A DNA stretch of 63,853 nucleotides, counting the filler, from Reclinomonas americana ATCC 50394 (Eukaryota): the NCBI GenBank assembly GCA_048213135.1. It is 20 parts of 20 records of this genome, joined end to end, with 100 filler letters (N's around TTAATTAATTAA, not from the genome) between each part and the next. Parts side by side here need not be neighbours in the genome. Positions count along the whole stretch, not along the records: positions 1 to 4,227 come from AFZH01024270.1; positions 4,328 to 9,017 come from AFZH01024271.1; positions 9,118 to 12,419 come from AFZH01024272.1; positions 12,520 to 15,502 come from AFZH01024274.1; 16 more parts are not named here. One strand, written 5' to 3'. Position 1 is the first letter of the stretch. Each line of letters starts with the position of its first letter. The position numbers and the translations under genes were made by a program. The notes under the pieces were generated by a model. It did not search any database, had not been told where the DNA came from, and was given only the letters and a program-made list of their open reading frames with translations. Positions 1-12,859 of the stretch are shown in pieces.

Positions 1-3
1 ACC

Positions 4-369
4 ATGTCCTCCGCGACATCATCGTTCACGTCGTCGTCGTCCACGGCATCGTCGTATCGCGAGGGCAAGTACGACAATCTCGTCACCGACCCCGAAGTCC
101 GCGAACGCTTGCGACAACTAGAGAGGTGAGTTCTTGTGCTTATGTGTGTGTGTGTGTGCGTGTGCTTAAATGGAGGAGTCGCTCACTTACTTTTGTGGTG
201 CAGACTGGAGCGCGAAGTGCAGGAGGCGGCCGCACAAGCAGCTGACCAATACCACGCCTCGCTATCACCACCCATTTCCCCTGGCACCGCCGCCAGATAT
301 TCGGTCTCGGCGCGCGCGGCAGCGCCTCCACGGAGCACTGCTGCTGCTGCGGCCAGGCCCCCCTCATAA
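4..369 (+). CDS. Small two-exon eukaryotic protein, unknown function (may be 5'-partial)
   Basis: ATG at 4; phase-compatible GT..AG intron 126-203; spliced MSSATSSFT...EVRERLRQLERLEREVQEAAAQ...RPPS*. Confidence 0.5.
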
Positions 370-472
370 TCCTGTGTAAAACATATTGTTGTTGTTGTGT
401 ATGTGTCTAAAAGTGTGCGGAGATTTTCTGTTGTTGTCCACAAACTCGTTTTTTGTTCTTTGTGATCTCACC

Positions 473-1552
473 ATGCATCGCTTCGTCGTGCTCCTTCTGT
501 GCGTCATCGGCACCGCGTCCATACTTACACTGACTCCACTGCAAGCCAGCGCCGCACAGTGCCCTGTGCCGCCAGGTGAGTGATGCATTGCACGCGTACG
601 CAGAGTCACTGATCTCCATCTCACACACACGTCTCGGGAGGGCAGTGAGCACCAACTACACACGATCGGCATTCATGGGAACGTGGTATGAGATCGGCAA
701 GGTGTGATCATGAGATCTAGAGCGCACTCACTCTCACTCACTCTACTCCTTCTGCATAGATTCAAACCGCGGGTGGCGCATACTTTGAGCGCGACTGCGG
801 TACGCCAAGCTGTTAGTTTTGGCATTTTTGTAGGATGAGCACTCACACGTGGTGGTCTCTGTGCCTGGCAGTGTGCACGCAACTCAACGTCACAGACTCC
901 ACTGACCCCAACCCAAACCCCGGTTTGTTAACCCCCGTCGTTCGACCGCTGTGAGCTGCGCTGTTGACGAAGGCTCGTTTGGTGCGTGCACAGAGGACCT
1001 CAATGCGTTGAATAGCTGCCGCAAGAAGACCCCCGATGGACCTGTCACGTTGAGTTGCTGGGTGGACGCCACGGTGTCTTTCACTCTTGATTTCGTATGT
1101 TCACACACAACTATGTGCTGCGCAGGAACGCTCTGGGCCATTTGCGCGACCCCAACCCACCGGGTCACTGGAAGGAGAAGATCCTCGTGTACACGCCGGC
1201 GGTGGACTACACGGTGTTGTACATGGGCGACGAGCATGCCATCACGTTTGACTGCTCAGCTCCGCTGGGAATCCGAAACTACTGTATCCATGTGCTGTCG
1301 CGTCAGCCGCTGCAGACCAGAGATGTCGTCGACTCACTCCTCGGTACGTGGACCTCACTGTGTATACGTACATGTGCTTGCCTGCGGTGTGTGACACAGT
1401 TGTGTGGCAGAGTATCCGGTCAAAGTGCTTGGCCTCAACGAAGACAACTTGCCGCCATCGGTATGTGTCGTGCTTCGCACTTGCTCTCCTCGATCCCGTC
1501 GCACAACTGACACCCGCCTCCACAGTACACCAAGCAAGAAGGTTGCTGGTAA
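473..1552 (+). CDS. Secreted lipocalin (ApoD/Blc-like), multi-exon
   Basis: Signal peptide MHRFVVLLLCVIGTAS. Exons give FMGTWYEIGK (lipocalin GxWY motif), IQTAGGAYFERDC, DYTVLY, CIHVLSRQP (SCR3-like) and terminal YTKQEGCW*. GT-AG introns. Confidence 0.8.
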
Positions 1553-1635
1553 CTTCATATCTCTCTCTCTCTCTCTCCCTCTCTCTCTCATCAAGAGTGA
1601 AGGAGATGCACTTAAACAATTGCGGTGATTATTAA

Positions 1636-3551
1636 TTATGAGCAGGTGGCCGGCCCTGCATTCGTGAGGCGCTCTGCTTCTCGTAAGGGTGCACGTTTCT
1701 GCAGAAACAAATCGGCCACGGAGTTGGTAGCATGGCAGGCCTCTTGCAGCTGGTGGCAAGCCAGCGCAGAAATGTTGTTCATCCCGAGCGCCACATGCAG
1801 CGGGCGACCTCGATCAGCCCGCTGATACAGTGCACGCGCCAACGCAAGCGCTCCCTCGCCGTCAATGCCACACGCCGTCTGCAAGTGCATCACATGAACA
1901 CCACAACTCATAGCTCATTCACGGCATCCCACGGACACGTACCAGCTGCAGGCACTCGAGTGCGGCGTGCGACTGCACGGTGAGTGCCAGTGCGCTGAGA
2001 CCCTCGTTCCCGATTGGATTGTATGCTCTGTGACGTGGCCATGGTGAGACTCGAGCTCGTCATCGCCACACAGAGAGATATCTACGAGACGAAACAAATC
2101 AATGTGCGACACCGACGTGTTCACGTCGAGTGCTCGCCGCAGATGAAACACGGCGTCGCCACGGATGCCATTGCCTGCACTCATGATGGTCAATGCCACG
2201 CAAGAACTGCACAAGGATCCCCACAGATTGCGGCGCAACTGCCGAGGCGAATGCAGCGCAGGTCGCGGTGATCACGAACCACTGCACTTAGCGCGACCGT
2301 GCCTTCGTAGCCCACCTGACAGCCTGGGAAGACGAAAGAAGGTGTTGTGATTGGTTGGCATACACAACACATCACACCGCTCGACAGGAGGCGCACCAGC
2401 GATACAGAGGACGGTGAGGCCGGCCGACAAGAAGCGCAGCCCGTGACACAACTCGGCGACGCCATCTGGTCCGAGCGGATTGTCTGCATGGAGTCGGCGA
2501 CTGTCAGCTGCTGCAGATCGCGCGCACTAATAAGAATGCGATTGCAACAGAACTGTCAACGGAGAGAAACGACAACGCCGGCAGTGCGCGGAGCGCTTGC
2601 TGCAGCGACTGAACAGCAGCTCGATCCATGCGGTTGTTGGAGAGATCGAGAACACGCAGCTCACTGCAGAACTGCAGGCCGTCCAGTGCCAGCGTCTTGA
2701 GCGCTGCGGCATTCAGCGTACACCCTATTCGCTCCTCGGTCAGCTCACTCCTTCCCCTCACACACACGAGGCACTCATGTTGGATCAACGCAACCACGGA
2801 AGCACAGGCCGTGAACGCGCACTCTCGCCGCCGCAAGCCCCGCCGCGATGGCCTTCCAGCTCCCTTGTGTCGTCAACTGACTGTTTTCTGTGCCTCCGAA
2901 GCGCATGTCAGAGTGCGAGGGCACGCACAGAGGCGCGTGGAGCGCGACGCACCGGAGAAATCGATCTCACGCAGAGTTCGTGATCGGTGTTCACGAAGCA
3001 TGGTGCCCAGCTGCTGTGCGCCCTTACTCGTCACACATTGTGCTGCGTGCACACACACACACAGACGAGTGAGACCCTCATCATCATCACCATCATCACC
3101 ATGATCGCGAAATGTGGAGTCGCGCAACGCTGAAAGGCGATGCGACGGAGTCGCGGGAACAGCGTCGGCAGCAGTCGGATCGCTCGTTGATCCGCCTCTC
3201 GCACCACCTCGTGTGCGTGCGCCGGGTCGTAGTGCAGCGTGATGGGATCGACATCAATCTCCACCAAGTGTCTGCGTGATCGCAGCGAGATGATGAGTCG
3301 CAGAGTGAAGAGCAGACGCTGCGAGCAACGAGAGAGAGTGCCGCCGAGTCGCAACTGAGCAAGCAGGTTCATGAATGCTCGGCTGACTCTGTGCGAGCGT
3401 GACAGTCAGCAGCAATGATCGACGATGCGATGCCAGTCGTCTGTGCTGCACGCAACCGCCACAGTCGACAAAAGTCTTCGCGGGTGCACATGCTGGCCAC
3501 CAGCTCCATCGCGTTGGTCGGCAGGCGCCCAACAGCGTCGGCTTTGCTCAT
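1636..3551 (-). CDS. F-box-like/RNI-type leucine-rich repeat protein, multi-exon
   Basis: N-terminal VGRLPTNAMELVASMC..DFCRL is F-box-like. LRR segments ELRVLDLSNNRMDRAAVQSLQQAL, GNGIRGDAVFHLRRALDVNTSVSHIDL and CGIDGEGALALARAL. Confidence 0.65.
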
Positions 3552-3833
3552 CTGTCACAAATACCGACTGTTCGTGTCCTGTCTCTCGCCGGCAGTCTGC
3601 CGCTGCGGATTGTTACTGCTCGTACGCGTGAACTGTCGTCGCACAGATATTCTTCACAATGAATGCATTATCCAACTCTATTATTCTCTCTATTCAAAGT
3701 CGTATGTTCCGTGATAGTTGAAGTCTGATAACAACGAAGCAGGAAGTGAGTGCGTCAACAAACGAAAAGCATTGTGCGACAACAGCTCTCACACCAGTGC
3801 TGCGAGATACGAGGGAGTCAGCATAGTGGTGGG

Positions 3834-6800
3834 TCACGCGATGATCACAGAAACACTGCGCAACTCAATGGCCACGGTATTCTCGCTGGCATACAGCAGT
3901 CGTTCACGCATGACCTCCTCCGACGTGTACGCTGGGAGAGAATCAGAGGTGGCAATGAGAAAAAACACAGGGGGGAGAAAGAGGGGACAGGAAGGCTGAA
4001 ACTCTGCGCACCGGGAAGCATCAATTGGAAGAAGCACGTTGAACTCGTCGGCAGGCGCTCGTTTGGATCCTGGGCACGCACACATGCAACAGTGACCATC
4101 ACCCGCAGCAGTGGGGAAGAACTGACAGGCACCGGTACACATACCACACCAGGCTCCAGGTTGGACCGGCAAATGACTAGGTTTTCACGGAAGTCCGAGT
4201 CTGCGCACAGACATGTGTCATGCAGTCNNNNNNNNNNNNNNNNNNNNNNNNNNNNNNNNNNNNNNNNNNNNTTAATTAATTAANNNNNNNNNNNNNNNNN
4301 NNNNNNNNNNNNNNNNNNNNNNNNNNNAGCAGGCCGACAAACATCAGATCGGTGCCAATCAGCGACAATGACTGATTGCCAGTGAAAAATTTTTGAGTAC
4401 AGCACACAGTGTTTGAGAGAGCGAAAGAGCGCGCACGGAACTTCACGATACAAGCCGCCACCATCGAAACCACCTTCGCCAAGGAATTCTGCCGTCCACG
4501 CACGATCGTTGCTCCGTAGTCGGAATGCCTGCCGAACCACACACACACACACACACACACATATTGGCACACGTACGCATGACGGGCAGGCACGAGCAGC
4601 AACAGAGGCGCACCGGAAGCGGATGCAGCCGGCGGTACGCTTGCATGAAAATGCAATCACGACTGTACTCTCGAATTTGCTCTGCACTGGCGTTCGGCGA
4701 CAGTGGTATCTGCACGTGCGGTTGCAAACACAAAACAACATCAGCGACGGTGAAGATGGTGTACGTTCAGCAATGACACAGACCCTTCGGCGCAATCGCA
4801 ATGTCGGATGCGCAAAGCGCTCCGTGTCCTCCAACGACTCCTGCAGCAGGGCGTCCTTGGCGATCGGGTCGAGGAACGACCGGAGAGCGACAACTCGAGA
4901 AGCCAGCGAGTTTGGCGAGTGGCGTTCCTGCGCGAGGAAAATATATATAATCAGTCGTAAGCCAGCCAACCAGCATTTTGCCGCCTCACCTTGAAATCGA
5001 TGGCACCCAGACAGTCTCCCACGGTAGTGTGCAGTGCGCAAATGATGACAAATCGAATCCCTATGCGCACGAAAAAACAACATGTGGGTGTGCGGCCGCA
5101 CCACGCACACAACAGACACACTGAAGCACGCAACGCAAGTCGTACGGGGATCGATACTTGAGCGTCTCAAACATGCCGACCTCGTGCTTGTTTGGTGAAA
5201 ACTGCGACACTGGAAGTTCCATGACTGCACCGCGCACACGCACACACATTATTCCTGCATGAACGCAGTAGCAAACGCACACACACACACACATAAAAGT
5301 GGCGCGCACCGTTGCCGACTCCGTCGGTGCGCTTCGCTACCACTTGCATCAAAGAAAGCAAGTCTCGGTCGGCCTCCTCTGTCCACGACGGTGCGTCCTC
5401 CACAAAACGGGAGAACAGTTCAAACCGGAATTGCTCTTCGGCGTTGAGTGCCTTGGGCTCTGCGAGAAGCCAAGGAATGAATTCACAATGAGCGCTGCAG
5501 GCTGCAGCAAACTCGACAACGCAACTGGGCGCAGACGATGCCTTGCCTGCACCACCGCGCTTGCGCGGCGGTGCAACTTCCACTGCCGCCGATGATCCAC
5601 CGCTGCACGTGAGTGACCAATGAGACAAAGAGCAGTATGGAGAAAACGTGAGCGGTGCGGCGACCAACGAAACACATTGGGAAGTGGCACCGTGGACGTG
5701 GAGGAAGACGAGACCGGCGGAGCGTACATGGGCTCGCGAGAGACCTCGAACTGCGACGCCGTAATGTTGTTCACAATCAAGAACTCGGCCACCAGCCGAG
5801 CGTTGCGTGGCGTGCGGTCGGGACCGAGCAGGACCTCGGAGAGGTGCCACAACGAATCCATGGATGCCAGCAAATCGCCCAGATCGCTACTCGACATGTC
5901 CCACACCAGTGGATATATATCCTTCCGCCACAGCTCACACGAGGGACTGTTCAAATCCACAACTCGTCCACTGTCGGTGGTTACCTCGTGCGGCAAGAAC
6001 AATCGCAGCAGCAGCATCACGACAGCGAAGACCTGCATGGCAGTGTTGAGCAGAAAGAGAGAGAGAGAGAGAGCGCAAGCAAGAACAGAACGAACGACAA
6101 CCAACCTTGCGTGCCGGACGGTGCTGGAACATGGACACATCGAACGACGACATGTCTTGCACTCGCATCAACGTTGTCTGCACGCCCTTCCACACAGAGA
6201 CGGCACGGGCGGCGGGAGGCAGTCGCTCGCGATTCTCCAACAGTTGTTTCAGGATGGTGAGTATGGAGGACACTTGCACGGTTTGCGGCTTCAGGAAAAG
6301 AATCGGGAAGCCACGCAGAAGCTTGACAAAGGCACTCCACAGCTGTAAATCCGAGCGCGCAATGAGTGACGCAACGAAAAGAAGAAGAAGATGATGACTG
6401 TGTACGCTACCGAAGGCGACATGAACGACCAGAGTAGCTGGTCGGTGACGTGCTCATCCTGCAACATGGCACCGAGGACGGCGCGAATCACTTGCAGGCC
6501 GGCAGAGTGCCCAGCACTGGCATCAGCCAATACGCTGGCGATGCGCCGACCCTTGGTATCACCACGCGACCAGTCCGCGGCTGCCTTCAAGGCCGCGGAC
6601 AGCGACTCGACGCCCGCATCGTGGAGGCCCACCAATATGTCCTGCAGCAACCCCTGTCGAGACACACCGCGAGAAAGCTTCAGAAAAGTGTGTCACCAGC
6701 TGCGGCGTCAGAGATCGCAGCACACACCTGCTCGCCAGCGGTGCGCAGCAGCGATTCTACTGTCTGCAGAATGGACTGAGTCCCCACACTTGGCGCGCAG

Positions 6801-9017
6801 AAAGCCAGCATGTTGTACACGAGGCGCGGTTGCATCGGGAAACTCTGCGGCCAGTGATCGACCATGTTGCGGACAATGTCACGGAGATGCAGCAGGCACA
6901 CTTGCTCGTGGGCCAGCTGCACTTTTCGCTGGCACATCACGGCCGAGCGGTACGAGAACGCAGTACGCTCGGCAAAGCTGACTGGTGCAGCCAAAGAGCG
7001 CACCTGCATGGAAATCGACCGAGGGTATTACATACACGGACTTTGCTTGTGAATGCACAAGACGTTGACGCAACATCTCGCATGTGGACCACACGCAAGT
7101 GCGTGCGCCGCTCCGACGACGAGACGGCCAGAGTGACTGTCTGAGCCACAGAGTCGACACTCACCACCACTCCAAATTCCTCCAGTTCTGGATGCACGCC
7201 AAAGATCATACCTACAATACAAGAAGAGCACACGCGCATGCACTTCAGTGGTCGGTGTGCTGACGCGAAATAGGTGGTGTTCCACCCACGAACCCGGTTG
7301 CACGGCATTGAGGCGCACGTATCGCAAGTGCTGACGTGCAGCCTCGGCTGCCTGAGCACGCCGCTGTCGCTCTCGGCCCTCGTCCTGCTCCTCTCCTGTT
7401 CCATTTTGCAGTGAGACAAAGTAAGGGCAGTCGACTGGCAAATGAAGCATCCGATGCACCTGAACCGCTGAAAGAGACGTCTTCTCCACTCTCGTCACTG
7501 TTTCCTTCGTCGTCTTCATCTTCCTCGTCGTCGTCCTCATGCTCGTCGTCTTCATCTTCATCCTCCTCCTCCTCCTCATCGTCTTCATCTTCATCTTCAT
7601 CATCGTCATCATCCTCTTCGTCGTCCTCGTCCTCGTCGTCCTCATCCTCGTCATCACCGTCGCTTTCGTGGTCAACTCGGCGACGACCAAGCCGCACCCT
7701 GCCACGGGGGACATCGTCGTCTTCCGACTCATCGTCCTCCTCGTCCTCCTCCTCGTCTTCGTCTTCGTCCTCGTCCTCGTCTTCATCATCCTCATCATCA
7801 TCATGCGCATGGTGTCGCCGACTGGAGGAGGTACGTCTGTTGGCACGCTCCGCACGCATCTGTCGATCCGACTCTTCGTCCGAGTCATGCACGGAATCGG
7901 TATCCTCGCCAACAGCGCGCGCAGCGCGAGAGTGTTGCGCCACAAATCCGTGTCTCGGGTGCAGATCGTCGGCCGAGACGACCTCTTCGAAACTAACGAG
8001 GAAACAATCACTTGCAGCGGTGCTTCTGGCGGCCGCCGGCGACTCGGAACCACCGTTCATCACGAGCAGGAATACCAATTCGCCGCTGTCGCTGTCAACA
8101 CCGACCACGTAAAGCGTGCCTTGTCGGTACTCCGAGTGATGCGCCTGAGCACGTGTTGGTACACACGCACACACATCTACAAGCAGACAAGACAACACAC
8201 CGTAGCACCAAAGGTCAAGCCAGTTGCCTCCAGTCCACGCAGGCTCACACAGCAGGTTCCGAGAGGGCTCTTGTCGCCACCGTTGCAGAAGAGAAGAGGC
8301 GACTGCGACAACGAGTCGGTCGGACGTGCGCTGTCCAACGGCTCAACCAGATTGTCGAGGGCGTCGCGGGAACGGAGTGCGCTGTTGAATATCGCACCGC
8401 GCTCAGTCCACATGTTGAAGTACAATCGACCGTCGCTGACACCAACAAAAACGGCACCGGCATTATCGGCCGTGCCTGCAGCAGACACAGTTTAGTGCGA
8501 CAAGGTGAGGCACAGACAGACACACGACGCACAATCGTCCTCCAACGAGGTCCGGTGGAGCACAACCCGCTGCCCAGGATACAATGCGTGTGGAGACAGT
8601 GCTGAGAGGGACGTGTCCAGCGTAATCCGATGGCCCGACAAGAGCGGGTAGTCCACAAGCGACGAGCCATCGGGAACCACTGCCAACACGTGCCTGGCGA
8701 GCAGGTGTACGATATCCTCGTCGGCACTGCTGTTGACAACGTGCACTGCGGCCAGCACCTTATCCACGTCATTCGCGGCAATCAGCTGCGCACCGTTCCA
8801 TGTCGAGCACTCCTGCTGGCCGTCGACGGCAAAGAACAGTTCGCCACGCGCCACGCCTGCAGAGAGAGACACACACACAACGACCACACATCTTCAACAA
8901 TTGCAAGTGGCTTCTTGACTTGCACACGATACACACGGCTCACCAAACACAGTGGCACGACGACCATCAGGCAGCACCACTCGAGCGTCAGGGCGGAAGC
9001 CGAAAGCCGCCTCACAT
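3834..9017 (-). CDS. Large HECT-domain E3 ubiquitin ligase, multi-exon, spans spacer 4228-4327, 5'-partial
   Basis: C-lobe catalytic motif ERLPTSSTCFFQLMLP/AYTSEEVMRERLLYA (3850-4070). N-lobe motif RAWTAEFLGEGGFDGGGLYRE (~4445-4510). Upstream exons lie on the same strand; assigning all of them to one gene is inferred. Confidence 0.8.
4228..4327. other. Artificial contig spacer (first of 19; others start at 9018, 12420, 15503, 22261, 25320, 27023, 35124, 41451, 43239, 45017, 46313, 48393, 49817, 52494, 53637, 58395, 60554, 62229)
   Basis: Identical 44N-TTAATTAATTAA-44N block giving stops in all six frames. Confidence 0.99.
7505..7802 (-). repeat. Coding trinucleotide low-complexity region encoding long Asp/Glu tracts within the HECT gene
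   Basis: (TCA/TCG/TCC/TCT)n on the + strand reads DDDEDDEDEDE... on the - strand. Confidence 0.85.
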
Positions 9018-9514
9018 NNNNNNNNNNNNNNNNNNNNNNNNNNNNNNNNNNNNNNNNNNNNTTAATTAATTAANNNNNNNNNNNNNNNNNNNNNNNNNNN
9101 NNNNNNNNNNNNNNNNNGAGAGAGAGAGAAGAGAGAAAGAGAGAGAATGAGAAACGGATGAGGGTGTTGATCAATCACGTCACACAAGCGGTGCACTCAC
9201 ACGAGTCAATGACACGCATACATACACGCCGAGGAGGGTGAAGAAAGAGAGAGGAGAGAGCAGAGAGCGCGAGAACGTGACGCAGATGGGCGCGAAAATC
9301 AGTCACATCCAGAATGCAGCGCACACACACAGAGGCAAACAACGAGACGCACATGCACACGCGCACGCGCAACAATGTTCACTCGGAGGAAAAAGAAGAG
9401 AGGGGAGAGAGAGGATAGAGGAGAGAGAAGGATTCATTTCTGCGATCAATGCACACACTGCGCGAAGAATTCTCTCCCTCTCTTTCTCACTCGCTCGCTC
9501 ACTCGCCCTCTCTC

Positions 9515-9558
<44 letters not shown>

Positions 9559-10049
9559 CACACACACATACACCTTGAATGCAACAACGAATCGAACATG
9601 AGTTCTTTTCGCCTCCCGCGTCCCTCTTTCACCCACGCCCTGCACTCTCTTCCTCACTCATCCATGACACATGGCACAGCAGGCGACCATCAAACACGGG
9701 CGTGCTGCACAAAGAAAGATTCGTCGGATGTCCTGCATGACATTGATCTCACGCACAGCACAACGTACACCACCACGAGAACAAGTCGACTGTCTGTGTG
9801 AGACGTGTGTGCAACAAGGTGCATCGTGCTGAAGAGCGAGAAGAGAAGCCAAGAACTGCGACGAGAAGATGTCGGTGAGTTGTATTGATTGAGTGGGGGA
9901 CGCTTGTTGTTCACTTGCTTCTCCCTCTCTTCTCTCTCTCTCGCTCATTGCTTGTCGCTCACTCTCCTTGTGTGTGTCGCAGTTCTCTGTGAATGTGAGT
10001 GTGGCGCATGATTCATCGCTGTCGGTGTGTGGTGGCGGGCGTGTCGAGC

Positions 10050-12100
10050 ATGTCCACTCTGGCGGACTTGCTGCGCGAGGCCACACGCTTGATGCGTAAG
10101 AAGAGTGGAGATGAGGGGGTGGAGATTGTGGGGGTGGAGAAGCCTGCTCCATAGGATGTGGCAGTCGCGGGTGGCGTGCCGCCTGCTGTACTTGACGTCG
10201 ACATCAACTCATCCACTCATCTCGTCCTCCGTCTGACACCTGGCGTGGCTGGCGCTGCAGTCTAGTGGCGCGGGGGAGCGGGAGTGAGAGTGGAAGGTGT
10301 GTTTGTCTACGTGAATCATCTCCCTGTGCACACCATGCAACTCACTGTCTCGTGTCTTCGCACAGCAACTCGGAGCGAATGACTCGGTTTGTTGCTTGTC
10401 GTCATCATCCTCCTCTCGCGATGCGAGTCTGTGCTGACTATATGGGTGTGTGTACGCGCAGCATGATCAACTCACAGCGCATCCACATGGCCGTCGAGGT
10501 GATGGTGGAGGCCGTGCGTTTTCGCTGTCAACGCGGTGCAGGCACGACCACCCCGACTTTGATGTGCGGGCGTGGGTGCCGAGTTTCACGTCTGCTGGCG
10601 TGGATACAGTGACTGTGAAGGCATGGCGTGAGCGACGTGCTCCACTCCACCCCTCTCGAGTCAAGTTGTTCGAGGAGAAGCAGCCGGTTGTGTTGGCCTG
10701 GCGTGCTGCATTCGACGCCGAATCCTCGTCAGACCCTTCGTGTGACGGTTTCGATACGACAGCACTCCACTCAATCATGATGTATAATGGCTTTGTTGAG
10801 GATGACGGTCGCAAGCTGCTGTTGATTGACGATGCTGATGAGCGGAAGGCGGTGGAGGAACTGCGTGACGTGAGAATTGAGATGGTGCACAAGGACCTCG
10901 TGATGACGGAAGCCACTGTACAGCAGTACCTTGGTGACAGTGGTGTATTTCTCCCCATCCTCTCTCGACTGCGGTTGACGGCCGACGAGCGTGCTCGATC
11001 CACCGCCCGTGTCTGCGAGGCACGTCACGCCCGTCACATCGTGGACACATTCGAGGAGCGACTACATCAACTGGCCATGCGTGAACTCTCATTCTACCAA
11101 CGCGACGAGAGTGTGCACAAGGACATGCAGATGTATGTGCCACTGCTGTGCTCACGTGAGCGTGATGTCTCGTCGAGAGACAAGATGACGGATCTGCTGA
11201 CGGTGGTGGATGCTTTCCTCTCCGACGCCAACGCCACGCAGCCTGTGTTGGTGCTGTTTGGCAATAGCGGCGCAGGCAAGACCACCACCATGTCTGTGTT
11301 GGCTGAGCGAGCATGGCGACGGTGGCAGATGAGGGAGAGCAGACGAGTGCCTGTGCGTGTGCCGCTTGGTGCTCTTCGCAATGCCGATGAGCGGCTGTTG
11401 GAGGAGGCACTTGAGCGATTATCGCCCGAGTTGTGATTCAGTGAGTCGGATGCACGGCGGTTGAAGGAGGAGCCGCTGCTGTTGTTGCTTGACGGGTACG
11501 ACGAGTTGTATCGTGGTGTGAATCTGTTTGTCAAGAACCAGCTGGATGCGTGTCGCGACGTGAAGGTGATTATCACCTGTCGAGGCGATTGCGCTCTGAC
11601 GGCACTGGGTGGAGTGACGCAGTATCGACGGTTCTGGATGCACGAGGACAGTTGTGCATGCAGCAGCTGATGGAGCGACACATTTCACCATTCAACATGG
11701 AGCAGATTGAGGAGTACTTTGAGCGGCTGGTGCAGGTGGCTGGTGATGACGGTGAAGTGCATTCGTCGACTACCAAGGAGTACATTCGTGCACTGCAAAG
11801 TGTGCATGGACTTGATGCACTGGTGTCGAATCCATTCCTGCTGGCAGTGGTGGGTGGATCATGTTGTGCAGTTTGTGAAGCGTCATTCGTGATGCAGGTG
11901 TTTTTTATGTTTTTTGCTGATAACATTGTTGTTTGTGTGCGTGTGTGTGTCTTTTATTTGTATTCAGTTACTTGTATGGTGGTGTGGGCACGCCTGTGCA
12001 ATGCGGCAGCACTTCGTTGCCTGTGGCCGCAGCGCAGTCATTTGGCGGAGTGGCGTCAGCTCGCGAGGTCGTCGTGGCGACGACTGTGGAGAGCTCTGTG
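10050..12100 (+). pseudogene. Decayed NACHT-family NTPase (NLR-like) gene
   Basis: Walker A VLFGNSGAGKTT, Walker B LLLLLDGYDE, VIITCR and LVSNPFLL. In-frame TAG 10152-10154, in-frame TGA 11434-11436 between the Walker motifs, and a frameshift near 11635. Confidence 0.75.
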
Positions 12101-12859
12101 CCTGTTGGATCATTCTATATGTGGTGAGACGAGGGGAAGGGAGAGGGGGGAGGGGAACGGGAAGGGAGGGGGAGGAAAGCGAGGAGAGGAGACGGGAGGA
12201 GACGGGGAGGAAGGGAAATGGGTGAAGGGAAGGGAGGAGAGGAGAAAGAGGCGACTGGAGGAGAGGAGACGGGAGGAGACGGGAAGGAAGGGAAATGGGT
12301 GAAGGGAAGAGAGGAGAGGAGAAGGAGGAGGAGACGGGAGGGGAAGGGAGGAGACGGGAGGGTAAGGGAAGGGAGGAGAGGAGAAGTGAAGAGAGGAGAA
12401 GGGAAGAGAAGAGGAAGGGNNNNNNNNNNNNNNNNNNNNNNNNNNNNNNNNNNNNNNNNNNNNTTAATTAATTAANNNNNNNNNNNNNNNNNNNNNNNNN
12501 NNNNNNNNNNNNNNNNNNNAAAGAGGGAAGGGGTAAAGAGGGAAGGGAGGTGAAATGGGGGAAAAGAGGGGATGGGAATCAAGGAAGAGGGAGTTAAGAG
12601 GGAATAGGAGGAGGGAAGGAGGTGAAGAGGGAAGGGGAGAAAGAGTGAAGAGGGTAAAGAGGGAAGGGGGTAAAGAGGGAAGGGGGTAAAGACGGAATGG
12701 GAGGAGGGAGCTTCGACAAGGAGAAGGGAGATAATGGGCATTGTGGAAGTATGTGAGACGAGGAGAAGAGAGCTTAGGTGGGAAGGTGGAGGGAGGGAGG
12801 TGAGGCAAGGAGAAGAGAGTTCTTGATGACATTTTCCGTTTAAGAGAGAGTGGGTGGCA

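Noticed and set aside
7280..7345. ZZ-type zinc finger (HVSTCDTCASMPC) in the HECT gene
   Set aside because: Splice sites favour the other frame (QAAEAARQHLRYVRL); the Cys pattern is incomplete.
11434..11436. In-frame TGA (and TAG 10152) as selenocysteine or codon reassignment
   Set aside because: The same gene also has frameshifts, and neighbouring genes end normally in TGA/TAA; pseudogenisation is simpler.
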